This document shows positions 51,801 through 64,000 of a stretch of 64,000 nucleotides of DNA, piece after piece. A model generated the notes under the pieces. The model saw only the letters and a list, made by a program, of their open reading frames with translations, was not told where the DNA came from and made no database searches. The position numbers were made by a program, and so were the translations under genes. Numbering within the stretch: the stretch's first letter is position 1; each line of letters opens with the position of its first letter. Source of the stretch: Magallana gigas (taxonomy: Eukaryota); contig NC_088857.1 of the NCBI RefSeq assembly GCF_963853765.1, positions 3,596,001 to 3,660,000 of the forward strand, written 5' to 3'.

Positions 51801-54800
51801 TGTCAAAGAGTGTCACTGTGGTCTAACAATTTTAAACGAGTGGAGATGACTTGGATGTTTTTTTTATTTAACATTAATCAATCGGTTAGCATAATAAAAC
51901 ACTGAAATTGACCTATCACTGCTTTTGTTTGGAATGTTATTTCTTGCTTTGATTGGTGTAAAGGGTATCACAAGAATTTTAAACAATTCAAGTCTATAAT
52001 ATACTCTTATAGTTGAAGCCACTCCTTAGACACCTCAAAACCTGCAGAGCTTCAACGACTCAGTGTGGTAGCGGTACAGGCATGTGAACGAGATTCCTTT
52101 TTCCTGTTCAAACTCAGCTGTACTTAAGTCTTACAAATTGCAAAGAAGCTCTCTTCCCCCACCCCAGTTCATCTTTCAGCCTGCTTTTTTTTTTGGTCAC
52201 AGAAAAACCCAGGACTTGTTTGAGATGCTATGCAAACCCCACGGCACTTGGATATCCATCCAAATTTCAAAACATCCTTTTCGCCCAATGCCTGGCATAA
52301 TTCAAATAGATAATAGCTCATAGCAGCAGAATTTTATAAAAATTGCATTTAACATTAATTAAATGTCACGGAAAGTCTTCTTACTCATTGAAATGTTCCA
52401 GAAATGTTTGAATCTGAATCGTAACATTTCTCAAGACGTTATGGATGTCTCAATGTGCAGTTTATTTCAATGTGAAACTCCTTGCCGTTTAGATTCAGTA
52501 TCAAAAGGACTTCACGGATTCTAGAGGGATTTGTTACCAGGTTCCTGACACTGTAGAAATGAAAACACACCGCCGTAATATGGAAAACATCAGCTTGGTA
52601 ATGTAATCGCCTTGCTTGGAATGTCACGAGGAGAATTTCATTCATTGATATTTTATTTTTCTCGAGTTTGTTTGCAGAAGTCAGAGCAGATCACATTACA
52701 GATGTTTGTGACATGGTTTTTGCATTTTTTTTTCAATTTTTATATGGTAAAAAAATGTTTTTTATTATTTTTTTGTTTGAATGGGTGAATAAATTGCCCT
52801 GTGTGATGAGAGGTATATCCCCTTGTTGAATAATATGCAACATGATAAGAGTTATATCCCTTTGTCCACCATCCCTCAGTATATCAGCATGGGCCATGAA
52901 TGACCATGTGAACATCTGCAGTGATATAGAGTGGAGTTTATATTACCTTACTGTGTTGTTTGATATTTGAACCATTCTGATGTACTTTTTACAATTAATG
53001 TATTAAACTGTAAGACAATGGTAGCATCAGATAATATCCTTCATATTACATGTACCAGTATTGTTCAATATTTGAACAATTCTGATGTACTTTTTACGAT
53101 TTATGTATTAAACTGATATATACGCGTATGACAATGGTAGATCAAGAAGAGTATCCTTCATATTACCATTATACCATTGTTGATGACATGACATGGCATT
53201 TTGCATGGTTTTACAAGTTTAAATTAAACCATTAATTAAGTTGAATGTTTGGATACTAACATCAGCCTGCATTTGATGTGTTAACCTCATACCTTTGTGA
53301 GTTGTGTGATTGCGTTGATATTGTTAATACAGGGTACACATTTGTAGCTAGGTCAAAATCTAAGATATCCATTTAGACAAATCAGTGAAAGTATGAAAAC
53401 TTTTGATATACAGAATAAATCAAAACTGTGGGACAGTGAGAGATTAGATTAGTGAGTCTGACGTTTCTATGAACAGATCAAATACCATGCAGATTTTGAG
53501 AAGATGAAGGGCAAGAAGCTGACCGTGGTGGATGATCCGGAGATGATGCGGATCAAGCAGAACACCGCCATCCAGAGCAATGTGGAGTACCACAAAGTCC
53601 GCGACCAGCTCAGCGAGATGGAGCAGAAACGCCCGGACCGGGAGGCCAGAGGTATGTACCACGGGGACAGGGAACCAGTCTACAGGTCCCAGGGGGACCT
53701 CAGCACAGATGTGTGTGTGTGTTTGTGGGAACAGTCTACAGTTGCTAGGGGACCTCAGCACTGTTGTTTGTGCACACAGCACAGATGTCACAGTGTGTGC
53801 ACACAGAACATGTCACATTGTGACCCCTAACCAACCTCTCAGATACTGATAATTACGATAATAAGATACCATTATAAATTTGTATTAGTAAAATAACAGT
53901 ATGCTATCCAAGACATTGTACAGTGTGTTCTCAGAATCTCCTTCATCTAATCAGTGATAATTTCTGCAGCAAGATGATGTCTCTCTAAGATTTTAAAGTT
54001 AACTTTTAATTTTATGCCTGCGTCTGCTACATGTTTTACTTCTATTCAAGAGACTTGTTCATTCTTCCAGCAAAAGATCTGTATTAATTATAGACTCTAC
54101 TTGTCTGTATGTCATTGTAAATACTCAGAGACTGACCACGCAAATCTGTTGTAACCTGAATTTTCTCTGATTCTAACTCTCTCACTGTTTTATGCATGAT
54201 TGCCTTTTCTTTCCTTGCCGACATTTTTAGAAGTCCCCAGTCGTACTCAGCCTGGAAGGATAACTGATTATGACCCCACCCCTGCTAATACTGGAGGCAC
54301 CCCATACTCCATGAGAAACTCGCAAGCCCGTGTTGTTTACGACTCAAGCATCGGAAAAGGTGAGTGAGTGCCCTCAATGTGTCCACTGACCGCTATAGCT
54401 GCTCGAAAGCTTTTGTGTGGAAAAATTAAGATAAAGCTCTTAGGAGTAGGCATGATTGAAACTTTAACAAGTCTATGTTGAATGATTTAACAAGTTTTGC
54501 TAGTAATGTGTGAACTTTTAATAGCAAGATAAAGCAGTAGAATAACTTGTTCAATTTTGTTGATAATCACCTACACGCACCTTTGACACAGTTTTTCAAA
54601 TGACTTAAATCTTTTAATTACTAGAAGTTGACTTCAGTTTCCTTTTGTTTTTTATTTGTCTTTCCTAGAACAAGGTACACACTTTTTAAATTTTTTCCTG
54701 GACATTAGTTTGGTGCATTCTATAGACTTTAGTGTGCATGCTTCTGGCATGGTCGTGGGTAACCAATGTTAACTTGACTGACAGCGTGGAAGTCAATAGG

Positions 54801-57800
54801 ACTCCCTTCTATTTACTCTCTATTTAAGACAAATATTTACAATTTTCTTTACCTTTCTTCCTCATAATTAACATTTTTATTTTAACTTTACCAGCTGTTT
54901 ACTAAAAACAAAACTCTAGAATCTCAAATAAACAGGAAACCTTCATGGATGATGCATGTGCTTTGTTGTTTAATGCTAAATCATGATATTAATGGTTGTT
55001 TTTCTTTTAGATTTAATTTTCTTATCTATTTAAATAATAATGATACTGTGTACATAATAAACTCTATATCTTGTACACTGTACAACTGTCAAAGATTCCA
55101 TTAAAGTTTTTAAGCTATGTTATGACATGTAGTATGAAAAAAAATTTGAAATCTTTGTTTGATTTCTTAATTTTACTTCAAAAGGTAAGTTCTCGAAAGG
55201 TGAATCTTAATCCTTTGACCATACTAAAGTCTTCATCAACCCAGCAGTAAGGGATGGGAGCGATTTGTGGGTTTTAATGGGAATGTAATGTACGTGGCAA
55301 TGCATCTTGCATGTAACCCTAAATTTAGAAATTCCTTGGATGTCCCCGGACTGCATGTTATGTTGTTCAGATGATTGGAATGCCTGTAAATAGCCTGATA
55401 CAGGGCTTACTTTTTACTTGTTGATTGCCCCCCTCCAACTAACTGTCTGTTACCAGTAGTGCTAAGTTATCCTGCGATTGAGGGAGAAATTCTTTGTTGT
55501 TGCATTTTCAGGGAGTAGTTATTAATTCAAGACAAGAACAACTGGACCATAGAACTAGGGACAAATCATGGAAATGGAAAGGGGAGGGCTCATGTAATCA
55601 GAGTTAAGGATAACATTCAATTTTTATTTTGATAAGTGTTGATAGAAGATGACAAGAAGACATTACAGAAGGTTACAATTTTCTTTCTTAGTCATCCAAA
55701 TTTGTTCCATTTCCCAAGAAACTTCTTCCTGATTACATAAACTAATTGTAAAGGTACCAGTGTACTGGGCTCAATAAACAGGAAGGAAACTACCATATCC
55801 CAGGGACCAAATGGGGAAGCAGCAAGTGGGGGGGGGGGGGCTTAATGTAAGACCCAAAGGGTAATGAAATGGCCAAATAATCCAATTCAAGTCTGATATA
55901 CATTTGACTGTATATGTATTCATTCTTTCTTGATTCAGAGGGTCCAGATGTTTTTGAGGAGGGTAAGGCTGCTCATAACCATGTTTAATGCTAACCGTCT
56001 AATTCTTCATCTCCATTGATCAGAATTAAAGCATTTCCATTAACATACTGAGGAATGTGATATACCGTTTATCATTTAATATTACTTGATCTTGGATTGA
56101 TATCTTCTCATGTGCAGATATAATCAAGATTTTTTTAGCTTTTTCTTCTTGTCACATCTTTAACTTGCTTCAGATCTTTGGTGGTTGTGTGCGATAGTAA
56201 AAAGCTTGTAGTCAACACCCTGGTAAAGTGTCTGTTTTGTAGATAGACACTTGTATTTATCTACTTATGTACTCTATTTAGACACTTGACAGAAGCATGT
56301 ATTGTAATCTACACTTATTATGGATATCATGTTTGTTACAGATACGAAGACAACAGTGGTATATCAAACATATAGACAGAAATGAATAATGTACACTTTA
56401 TTACCATGGTCTACTGTGAAGACAAATGATTGTAGTCTATACTTAGTTACACTGACCTATGTCTTCAGTGAGGGCAAAGTTTGCATTGTTGACCAAGATC
56501 TTTCCTTAGTAGTTAGCCTGAAGGGAGTCTATACATTTTTTGGGGGGTGGAGATAGGTCTCATGGGACTAGTCAAATTTTTCATTACTGGTATTATCACA
56601 ATTGTATGAAACCTTTAGGTCCACATTTGTATCAAATGCATATGCAATGGAGGTTTGTCTTATAGAAAAGAATATGCTTATGATTATAGAATATGTAATT
56701 TGCATAGGAAAAACCTGATGTAAATTTGAGATATATTATGAAACTTTTTGGACTAAAAGAGTAAATAAAAATAATAATATATGATAACAAAAAAAATAAA
56801 AACTCTCGAGAAACACATACAAGGCAGAATTCAGGATAGTTAATTCAGCCACGGAGGAGGAGTTTTATTATTTGCTTCAACATAATCAATGCTGTTTTGT
56901 TTTTCATTTATCGGTACTGATCATGGTTTTTAGCATTTATTACTTCATTGGTTGATTTCTTATATGACATGTAAAACATCAGATATTTTTCTTTTGAACA
57001 TTCTCTGAATCACACATGTATGAATGAAATGCTTACTTTTCTTGATTTGCATTAATCAGCTCTACATTTAATGTTAAGTTCCATTGTTTCGCTTGATAAC
57101 TTTTGAATTTTGCTTTGCTTCATTGCCTCTGACCTAAACACAGCATGTGACTCCTGTTTTTTGTTCGGTCTTTTCAGTGGAGGAGGTTCCCACTCGTAAG
57201 CCCGGCTCTATTTCTGACTATGATCCATTGAACAATGAGTTTGGATCCATTGGCAGATACAGCGGAGGTAATGGTTAAGTAGGGCGTCGGGCAATGGTCC
57301 CATCGCCAAGAGAGTCGTCGCGACATATAAGTCCTGTTTGTTGTCCTTAGCTTGGACAGACCCCCTGTCTAAAACCTATGGCTGACAACATTGCCCGCTG
57401 GGCCACACCTCAGTTTAGACTTACTCTAGCTCTAGAGGAGTCAAAATGATATAAAGTGTACTTTAACATCACATGAAAGTGTAAAACTTATTAATTATTA
57501 TTAAAATTTTTATCCTCAGAGGTGTTTTATACAGGGTTTCCATTGTAAAGTTAGTAAATTCCAGCTATTCTGCCAATCTTCAGCTTTTGCTCTAATATTT
57601 CATGAAAAATTTAACTTGATTTAATACTCACTTATTATTTGGTAGAATTTGATTGCCTTGATTACTGACACATATTGTATTGTTTAGTTGAGACATGATT
57701 TGTATTGTGTAGGATAGACATGATTAAGCTGGTTTTGTAGATAGACTTATTAAAAAACAACCTGTTTTCTTGAGGATAGACATAATCACATGTTATTATA

Positions 57801-58462
57801 TGAAAGATGGTCATTATTAGATGTAATTGTCATTCTCTGAAAGATGGACATTTTTACATATTTTGTGAAAAATAGATACAGTATGATTATGTTTTGTTGC
57901 GTGTTGTTTTTAACAAGAAATAATTTGATTACTCTCTTTTGTAGGGGACCCTGAACCGCCTCGTGGCTACCAGGCACCACCCCAGAGCTACCAGCCTCCA
58001 CCCCAGAGCTACCAACCCCCGCCCCAGAGTTACCAGCCTCCCCCCCAGAGTTACCAGCCCCCGCCCCCACAACCTGCCTCAGAGGGGGTAATGTCAAATA
58101 ATGTGGTCTTTCATATGTAATGTTTGTGATCTATAGATAATCGATTCTGTATTCAAGTAAAATTCTAGCAGTATTCAAGGAGGCAGAGACAATTTTAACT
58201 TCACCAATAGCAGTTTAAAAAATGCCTCTTTTTTGATTGTGGTCTTATTAGTATAGGAGCGTGTACTCTGGTTTATGTTTTATAGATGGTGTGTAAGGCG
58301 TTGTACGACTACACCTCAGCCGACGCGGACGAAGTCTCCTTCCAGGAGGATGACCTCATCATCCAGTGTCAACCAATCGATGAAGGCTGGATGGAGGGAA
58401 CGGTCAAGCGAACCGGTGAACGGGGGATGCTGCCCTCTAACTACGTGGACCGAGTCAACTAG
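43366..58462 (+). CDS. LASP1: LIM, nebulin-repeat and SH3 protein (LASP family), 11 coding exons, 425 aa with all exons
   Basis: Exons 43366-43434, 47515-47609, 48712-48796, 50307-50411, 51631-51735, 52493-52597, 53477-53651, 54231-54359, 57178-57267, 57945-58087 and 58286-58462 (1278 nt, phases consistent). [23 protein letters not shown]; nebulin DTPE..QSN.YH; SH3 [22 protein letters not shown]. Confidence 0.93.
47968..48710. repeat. ~29-34-bp minisatellite (gatgctgtgtctgttgtgacattaytga) with two inverted units at its 5' end, abutting the LASP exon 3 acceptor
   Basis: About 20 forward units from 48049 to 48710; reverse-complement units at 47988-48048. Confidence 0.92.
48808..48882. repeat. 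(GA)n microsatellite just after the LASP exon 3 donor
   Basis: Direct reading of the sequence. Confidence 0.95.
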
Positions 58463-60048
58463 GCACCAGATAAACATTTAGGAATCAATTTATCAAAGTT
58501 ATTATAAAAGTTCAATGTTATTACTGAAATGTTAGCTTTTATAAAGTTACTTCCCTTTTTATCTAAGTCTATTATGCGTGTTATGCTGCTATAGGCCCTA
58601 TAGTTCATTGTTTTTAAGGCGGTGTTAATGTTATGCTATTTACTTCCTCATCGTCCTGTGTTTTTTCTTTAAACAAGAAAACAAGATGATCATGTACATC
58701 ATTGTGTAAGGTAGCTTGGGGGATCCCCTATTTTGTGTAGGATTCTCCCCTTTTTTCTTTCTACACTTTCATCATGTAAGAGTTGGTCTATTTCATTCTC
58801 TCATGCTTCACATTAGTATTAAATGATGGCCCTGGCTCTGTGTTGAACTCTGACCGCCGGTCAAGTGATGGTTGGCTTAACACGAGTACTATGTGCCATG
58901 AACCACTGAGCCGTGAAGCTTGTCTACTTCCTATTGTTACAAGGAATAAACAAATTGGTGCAATCTAATTAGGGCGTATCTCGTGTAGAACCTGGTGATA
59001 TTCGACAGCGTGACTGTTCTTTATCCTGTACACAAGGATTTCATACTACTCATAGGGTCTCTCCTATGATTCATTTAGAAATTGATTTTAAGGATTTTAT
59101 ATTTATTGGAAGCTTGTTCGCATACCTAGAAATCAAAGCTTTGCTCCTTTGTATAAAGTTGCCAGTAACTTATATTTTGAATTGAAGCAGACGCTAACGT
59201 GTTACTAAAACAGAAATGACAGCTCTCCCAGACCTGTGCAGGCGTGTTTTGGTCAGTGGAGTGTTTTAAGTATCTACAAAGTGGATCATTGCCTCACCCT
59301 GTAATCCTTCATCATGTTTCTTTTGCACGTTTACTTTATAGCCTGTGTAACCACTATTTTAATTTTTTTTCTAGTTTTAAATTTTTAAACTTGGTGGTCT
59401 TAATCAGAACCAAAGATGCAGTTTATAATTTAAGAACTCAAGCTGTTATTTAATATTTATATTGAACAAATTCAAACTTTGTACAGAAGTTAAATACTTC
59501 CCTTTTCCCTGTAAAGTTACATAATCAGAATGAAGATCAATGAGATGAAGATCTAAATCAAATTTGTCAACAAAAGGAAAAATCATGAAACAAATTCCCT
59601 ATGTAAAAGTGTTGTCCTTTTTAGAATCTGAGTAAAACTGGTTCTGTAATCAGAAACTGCCTATATATGTCTGTGTACAAAGTAATGGATTATAGAATTC
59701 TGTGTACAAAACAAGGGATTTGCTTTTTTTTTTTAATCATTAATTATAAAATACTGATTATTGATTAAAGTGTTATGTAGATATTTTAGCAGATTGGTTT
59801 TGTTGTCTTTAATAAGAATGACTACATTCTGTTACATTATGAAGGGTTTTGCAATGAATGAGACATTTGCATTGTAACTATTATATATTGTAATTGTTAT
59901 CCTCACGCTCCATGTATCATTGAAAGCATAACATTTTATTGTTAGCCCAACAATGGCCACAATTGAATCTTGGAGTGCAATTTTCACATAGTATCCTTTA
60001 ATATTTACCGGTACATGTACATTGATTTGTCATACTAAAGTCTATTTT

Positions 60049-61119
60049 ACAGTAACATTTACATCAAATTGTATTATCTATGTTGCAGTAACATTACATT
60101 CAGTTGTTACACTAACATTGATCTCATTGTAACACTGACTGTAACATTTACATTCAGTTGTTACACTAATATTGATCTCATTGTTACACAGACAGTAACA
60201 TTTACATTCAGTTGTTACACTAATATTGTTCTCATTGTAACACTGACAGTAACATTTACATTCAGTTGTTACACTAATATTGTTCTCATTTTAACACTGA
60301 CAGTAACATTTACATTCAGTTGTTACACTAATATTGTTCTCATTTTAACACTGATAGTAACATTTACATTCAGTTGTTACACTAATATTGTTCTCATTTT
60401 AACACTGATAGTAACATTTACATTCAGTTGTTACACTAATATTGTTCTCATTGTAACACTGACAGTAACATTTACATTCAGTTGTTACACTAATATTGTT
60501 ATCATTTTAACACTGACAGTAACATTTACATTCAGTTGTTACACTAATATTGATCTCATTGCAACATTGATAGTAACATTTACATTCATTTGTTACACTA
60601 ATATTGATCTCATTGTAACACTGACAGTAATATTTACATTCAGTTGTTTCACTAATATTGATTTCATTGTAACACTGACAGTAACATTTACATTCAGTTG
60701 TTACACTAATATTGTTATCATTTTAACACTGACAGTAACATTTACATTCAGTTGTTACACTAATATTGATCTCATTGTAACACTGATAGTAACATTTACA
60801 TTCATTTGTTACACTAATATTGATCTCATTGTAACACTGACAGTAATATTTACATTCAGTTGTTTCACTAATATTGATTTCATTGTAACACTGACTGTAT
60901 CATTTACATTCAGTTGTTACACTAATATTGAATTAATTGTAACACTGACTGTAACATTTACATTCAGTTGTTACACTAATAACGATCTCATTGCAACATT
61001 GACAGTAACATTTACATTCAGTTGTTACACTAATAACGATCTCATTGCAACATTGACAGTAACATTTACATTCAGTTGTTACACTAATATTGTTCTTATT
61101 GTAACACAGACGGTAACAT
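60049..61119. repeat. 54-bp minisatellite, ~20 copies
   Basis: Unit acagtaacatttacattcagttgttacactaatattgatctcattgtaacactg; it generates the 350-aa repetitive ORF at 60069-61121. Confidence 0.97.
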
Positions 61120-61268
61120 AACACTGACATTCCTTAACATCGTAACTTCCACCTAAGTCTTTACTCATGTCTGTACATTAGGCCGTCACCAGATTAGGAA
61201 CACAACTCTTCGCCTTTACACCGTCACAAATTTTCAATAAAACTTGACAATTCAGTCTAATGACGCTA

Positions 61269-62488
61269 TCAGTCTGGCTCAAACATCCAGGCCTGTCTGC
61301 TGGAGTAGAAGAAATGGTCGTTAGACTGGCGGGAGGATCCTATAGGGGTGGTGATGGTGGAGGATCTATGAGTGTGAAGGGACGTGACCGGCGTCGTCTT
61401 CTTCCGGCCCCGCCCAATGTCCGAGGGACTCACAGGGCGCAGCTCAACATCTGAAAAACGTGTTCATATTGTACATGTACATATAAATAATATTATGGAG
61501 TATTACCGCAAGTACTTGTCTATATAAATGTAAGAAGAAATATGGTTAAAGCATTGTTATTACCGATGTCCGATCATAAATTATGTTCCATAACTCACAT
61601 TTCCCGATACTTATTTGATCATAACAGTTTTGGCGTTCAGGTTGGAAAAAGATGTAGCAATCTTATATCGATTATTTTACATATTCTTAATGCTGTAACT
61701 CAGTGGTATCTCAGAGACCAAAAATATTCCATAAATGGGAGGTTGTCGATTCGATTCTCCGACACGCCCTTCGAAAGCTTTACACAAATCCCATCATCTG
61801 AGTAAATATGCAATGACCTTGTACTGAAATGCCTTGATACCATAGTAAAATTGTTTTTGATTTTAATTCATAAATAACATATGAAGAACAGCCTTATTAG
61901 GATCATAACAACACTTGGTAGTGAAGCGGGCTGAGGGTTGCCATTGACGACAAGGTTCCCATCAGATCTATCTCAGATTTAAGGAGGCTAGATGGTCAAC
62001 AAACTAACCATCAGATCTGCCTGAAACTTTTTTAAAATTATGATATTTTTAGTCATAAACTATCATTTAGAAAAGACAAAATCCAAACATTTAAAATTTG
62101 AACATTTTGCTATATTTTTATACAGAGCTCTTCGTCTAAAGGAGGTAAATGTAGTATATAGTGGATAAATGGGACGTGTTGATGTTTCTATAGAGCTATG
62201 AATTAAATACAAGTTTTCGTATGTAATAGAGGGAATAATACTTGGTAGATGTATACATATAATTGTATGAAACAGCCATTTGTAGGTAATCGCAGAACCG
62301 GTGTGGGCGACCGGAACCTTACCCGTGTCGTCGTCAGTCGCCGTCGGTTCGATGCCCACTGTCTTTGCCTGCTTCAGTTTCTTCTTACACTTACAGAAGA
62401 CGATACAGGCGAACGTCGCCACAATGACGATGACAGAGATGGCCACCATAAAGATGATGCCAAGCATCCAGTCCCACCGACTAGACAT
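61269..62488 (-). CDS. Small single-pass membrane protein (~115 aa, or the 3' part of a longer gene) with a juxtamembrane CKCKKK and a Ser/Thr/Arg-rich tail
   Basis: Exon 62488-62323 ([39 protein letters not shown]...DDDT, G|gtaagg) joins in phase 1 to 61450-61269 (DVELRPVSPSDIGRG...AWMFEPD*). Both exons are GC-richer than their flanks. A possible upstream CAG acceptor near 62507 means the true start could lie further 5'. Confidence 0.7.
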
Positions 62489-63614
62489 AGTCACAGACAC
62501 AAACAGCTGAACACGACACGGTAGTGGCTGTCCGACGGGGTCCAAAGAAAAATTGTCATTTTATTTGTAAGATCGTGTTATAACATTTCCTCAGAAATTT
62601 GGTTAGATGAGATTTGTTATAGTTACGTTGTTACATCAGGAGTTTGAACCTTGATGTCATTTATAGTAGAATAGATAGTTAAATCCACAGAAATATTAAA
62701 CTAGGGGCTCGGTTGTAAATTCTCGTGCCGAATTGTATATTCTATCAGAATCGGAGGTATACATATCCAGTCCAAAGGAACAAAACAGTAACTGCTCCTT
62801 AGGAAAGTGTCACGTCCCTTGGTAAAACAGTAAACCACAGCCAAAAGCCTGAGGGGCACAGAAACATCAGGATGTTCCTATAATCCTGATCATGGCCGAA
62901 TGTGGACTAGCACGAGTTTACTAGGATTTAATAAAACACATCACATCCCAACAGTCGATTCATGATTTCATCTAATCACTAGCCAACTCGTTGTTCTATA
63001 GTAAAACTAATACAGTAAATCCCCAAGATATTTTAGTTTTCCAAATGTGTAACTTGGTTTTTGAACTTGCAGAGAAAACAATCTTTAAATTCAGATGTTG
63101 GGTCATAAGAACTGGAACGTATTAAAGATCTAAAGAGTTTTGATTTTTAACACGACAGCCTTTTGTTCTATATTTGTACATGAAGAGCATTAGGGTTTAT
63201 GAGGCGCAAATGTAAGAGGTTTATTGTGTATTTGACGTCTAAAGTTAGACCGTCGTATATATTGCTGTGGTACTTATAAAGATCCGCGCCTAAATACTGA
63301 CCATTAGGCGCATTAATCCGATTACTTCTGACCATGAGCTCAGTTACCACATTGATTTATTCCAACTTGATCTTAATAAACTTCAAAACTCGGTTTCAAG
63401 AGTACCTGGAAACTTTGACGTTATAATTTCTGCGACATCTTTTAACAAAATATGAGTTACTAATAACTTTTTTTCTGTCGAGGAGATTTTATAGGTTGGA
63501 TTATTTTTTACTGATATAAAAAATATAAGAAGCATTAACTCAGTTTATTTGTTTAATTTTCAATATAGGGTACCTTTCATTCACAAAGGAAAATATTCAA
63601 AGAAAGACAACACA

Positions 63615-64000
63615 AATAAGAGGCCCGTGGGCCACGTCCCTCACCTTATACATGTACCAACTTTGTTAGAATTTGACACAGCTCTGAACCAAAAAGCGTA
63701 CAACTTATAAAAGCAGGAATATGTTTTATTTTATACTTCATATTGATCTAAACCTAAACCATTCTCCCCATGGAACCTGAAAATTAATCTTGAATATTTA
63801 TTCAGTAATTTAATGTCCATTAAGTTAGTGTTAACTTATTTTTGGAGGCTTGAAATTATGCAAAATCCTTTTAAAAGATATTTCACCCAATCCGAGTTCT
63901 TTTTAAATCCTTAAACTTTATCCGGCCAATTTTGTCTGATTATTCATATTTATGCAATCTAAAAAAATATCTTTTCTTACATTATATTTTTTTTACTGTG
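63615..64000 (-). mobile_element. 3' end of another Helentron/HINE-type element running off the window edge
   Basis: aataagaggcccgtgggccacgtccctcacct is the reverse complement of an end resembling aggtgagcgatgtggcccctgggcctcttgtt at 5416-5447. Confidence 0.5.

Noticed and set aside
53652-53830. Read-through ORF after LASP exon 7 as an alternative C-terminus
   Set aside because: It crosses a good AG|GTATGT donor into low-complexity GT-rich intron sequence; no supporting evidence.

Overview
AT-rich, intron-containing animal genomic DNA. The repeat types and gene content suggest an oyster-like bivalve, but this is inference. No prokaryotic genes, rRNA or CRISPR were seen. Genes were rebuilt by hand from GT-AG splice sites, with reading phase checked across every exon. 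In order: the 3' end of a diverged RhoBTB-like gene ending in CAAX (+, 1-806); an 11-exon MOXD1/DBH-like copper monooxygenase (-); an SPSB-type SPRY protein with no SOCS box (-); two tandem Rac-GTPase/BTB/BTB/CAAX genes (RhoBTB/RacA-like, +) inside a ~9-10 kb duplication; RPL23 (-); a LASP gene with five nebulin repeats (+); and a small single-pass membrane protein (-). The first RhoBTB copy has lost its ATG and its DTAGQ motif, and a 665-bp MITE sits inside switch II; the MITE's right end supplies an in-frame ATG and a possible splice acceptor. The second copy is intact. The window also holds many non-autonomous transposons (Helentron/HINE-type elements carrying ~166-bp satellite arrays, plus MITEs with 4-, 5-, 8- and 9-bp or TTAA target duplications) and several minisatellites, some of which duplicate splice signals. 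Repeat boundaries were counted by hand and may be off by a few bp. I see no clearly new multi-gene system; the best leads are the RhoBTB paralog cluster and the splice-related repeat structures.
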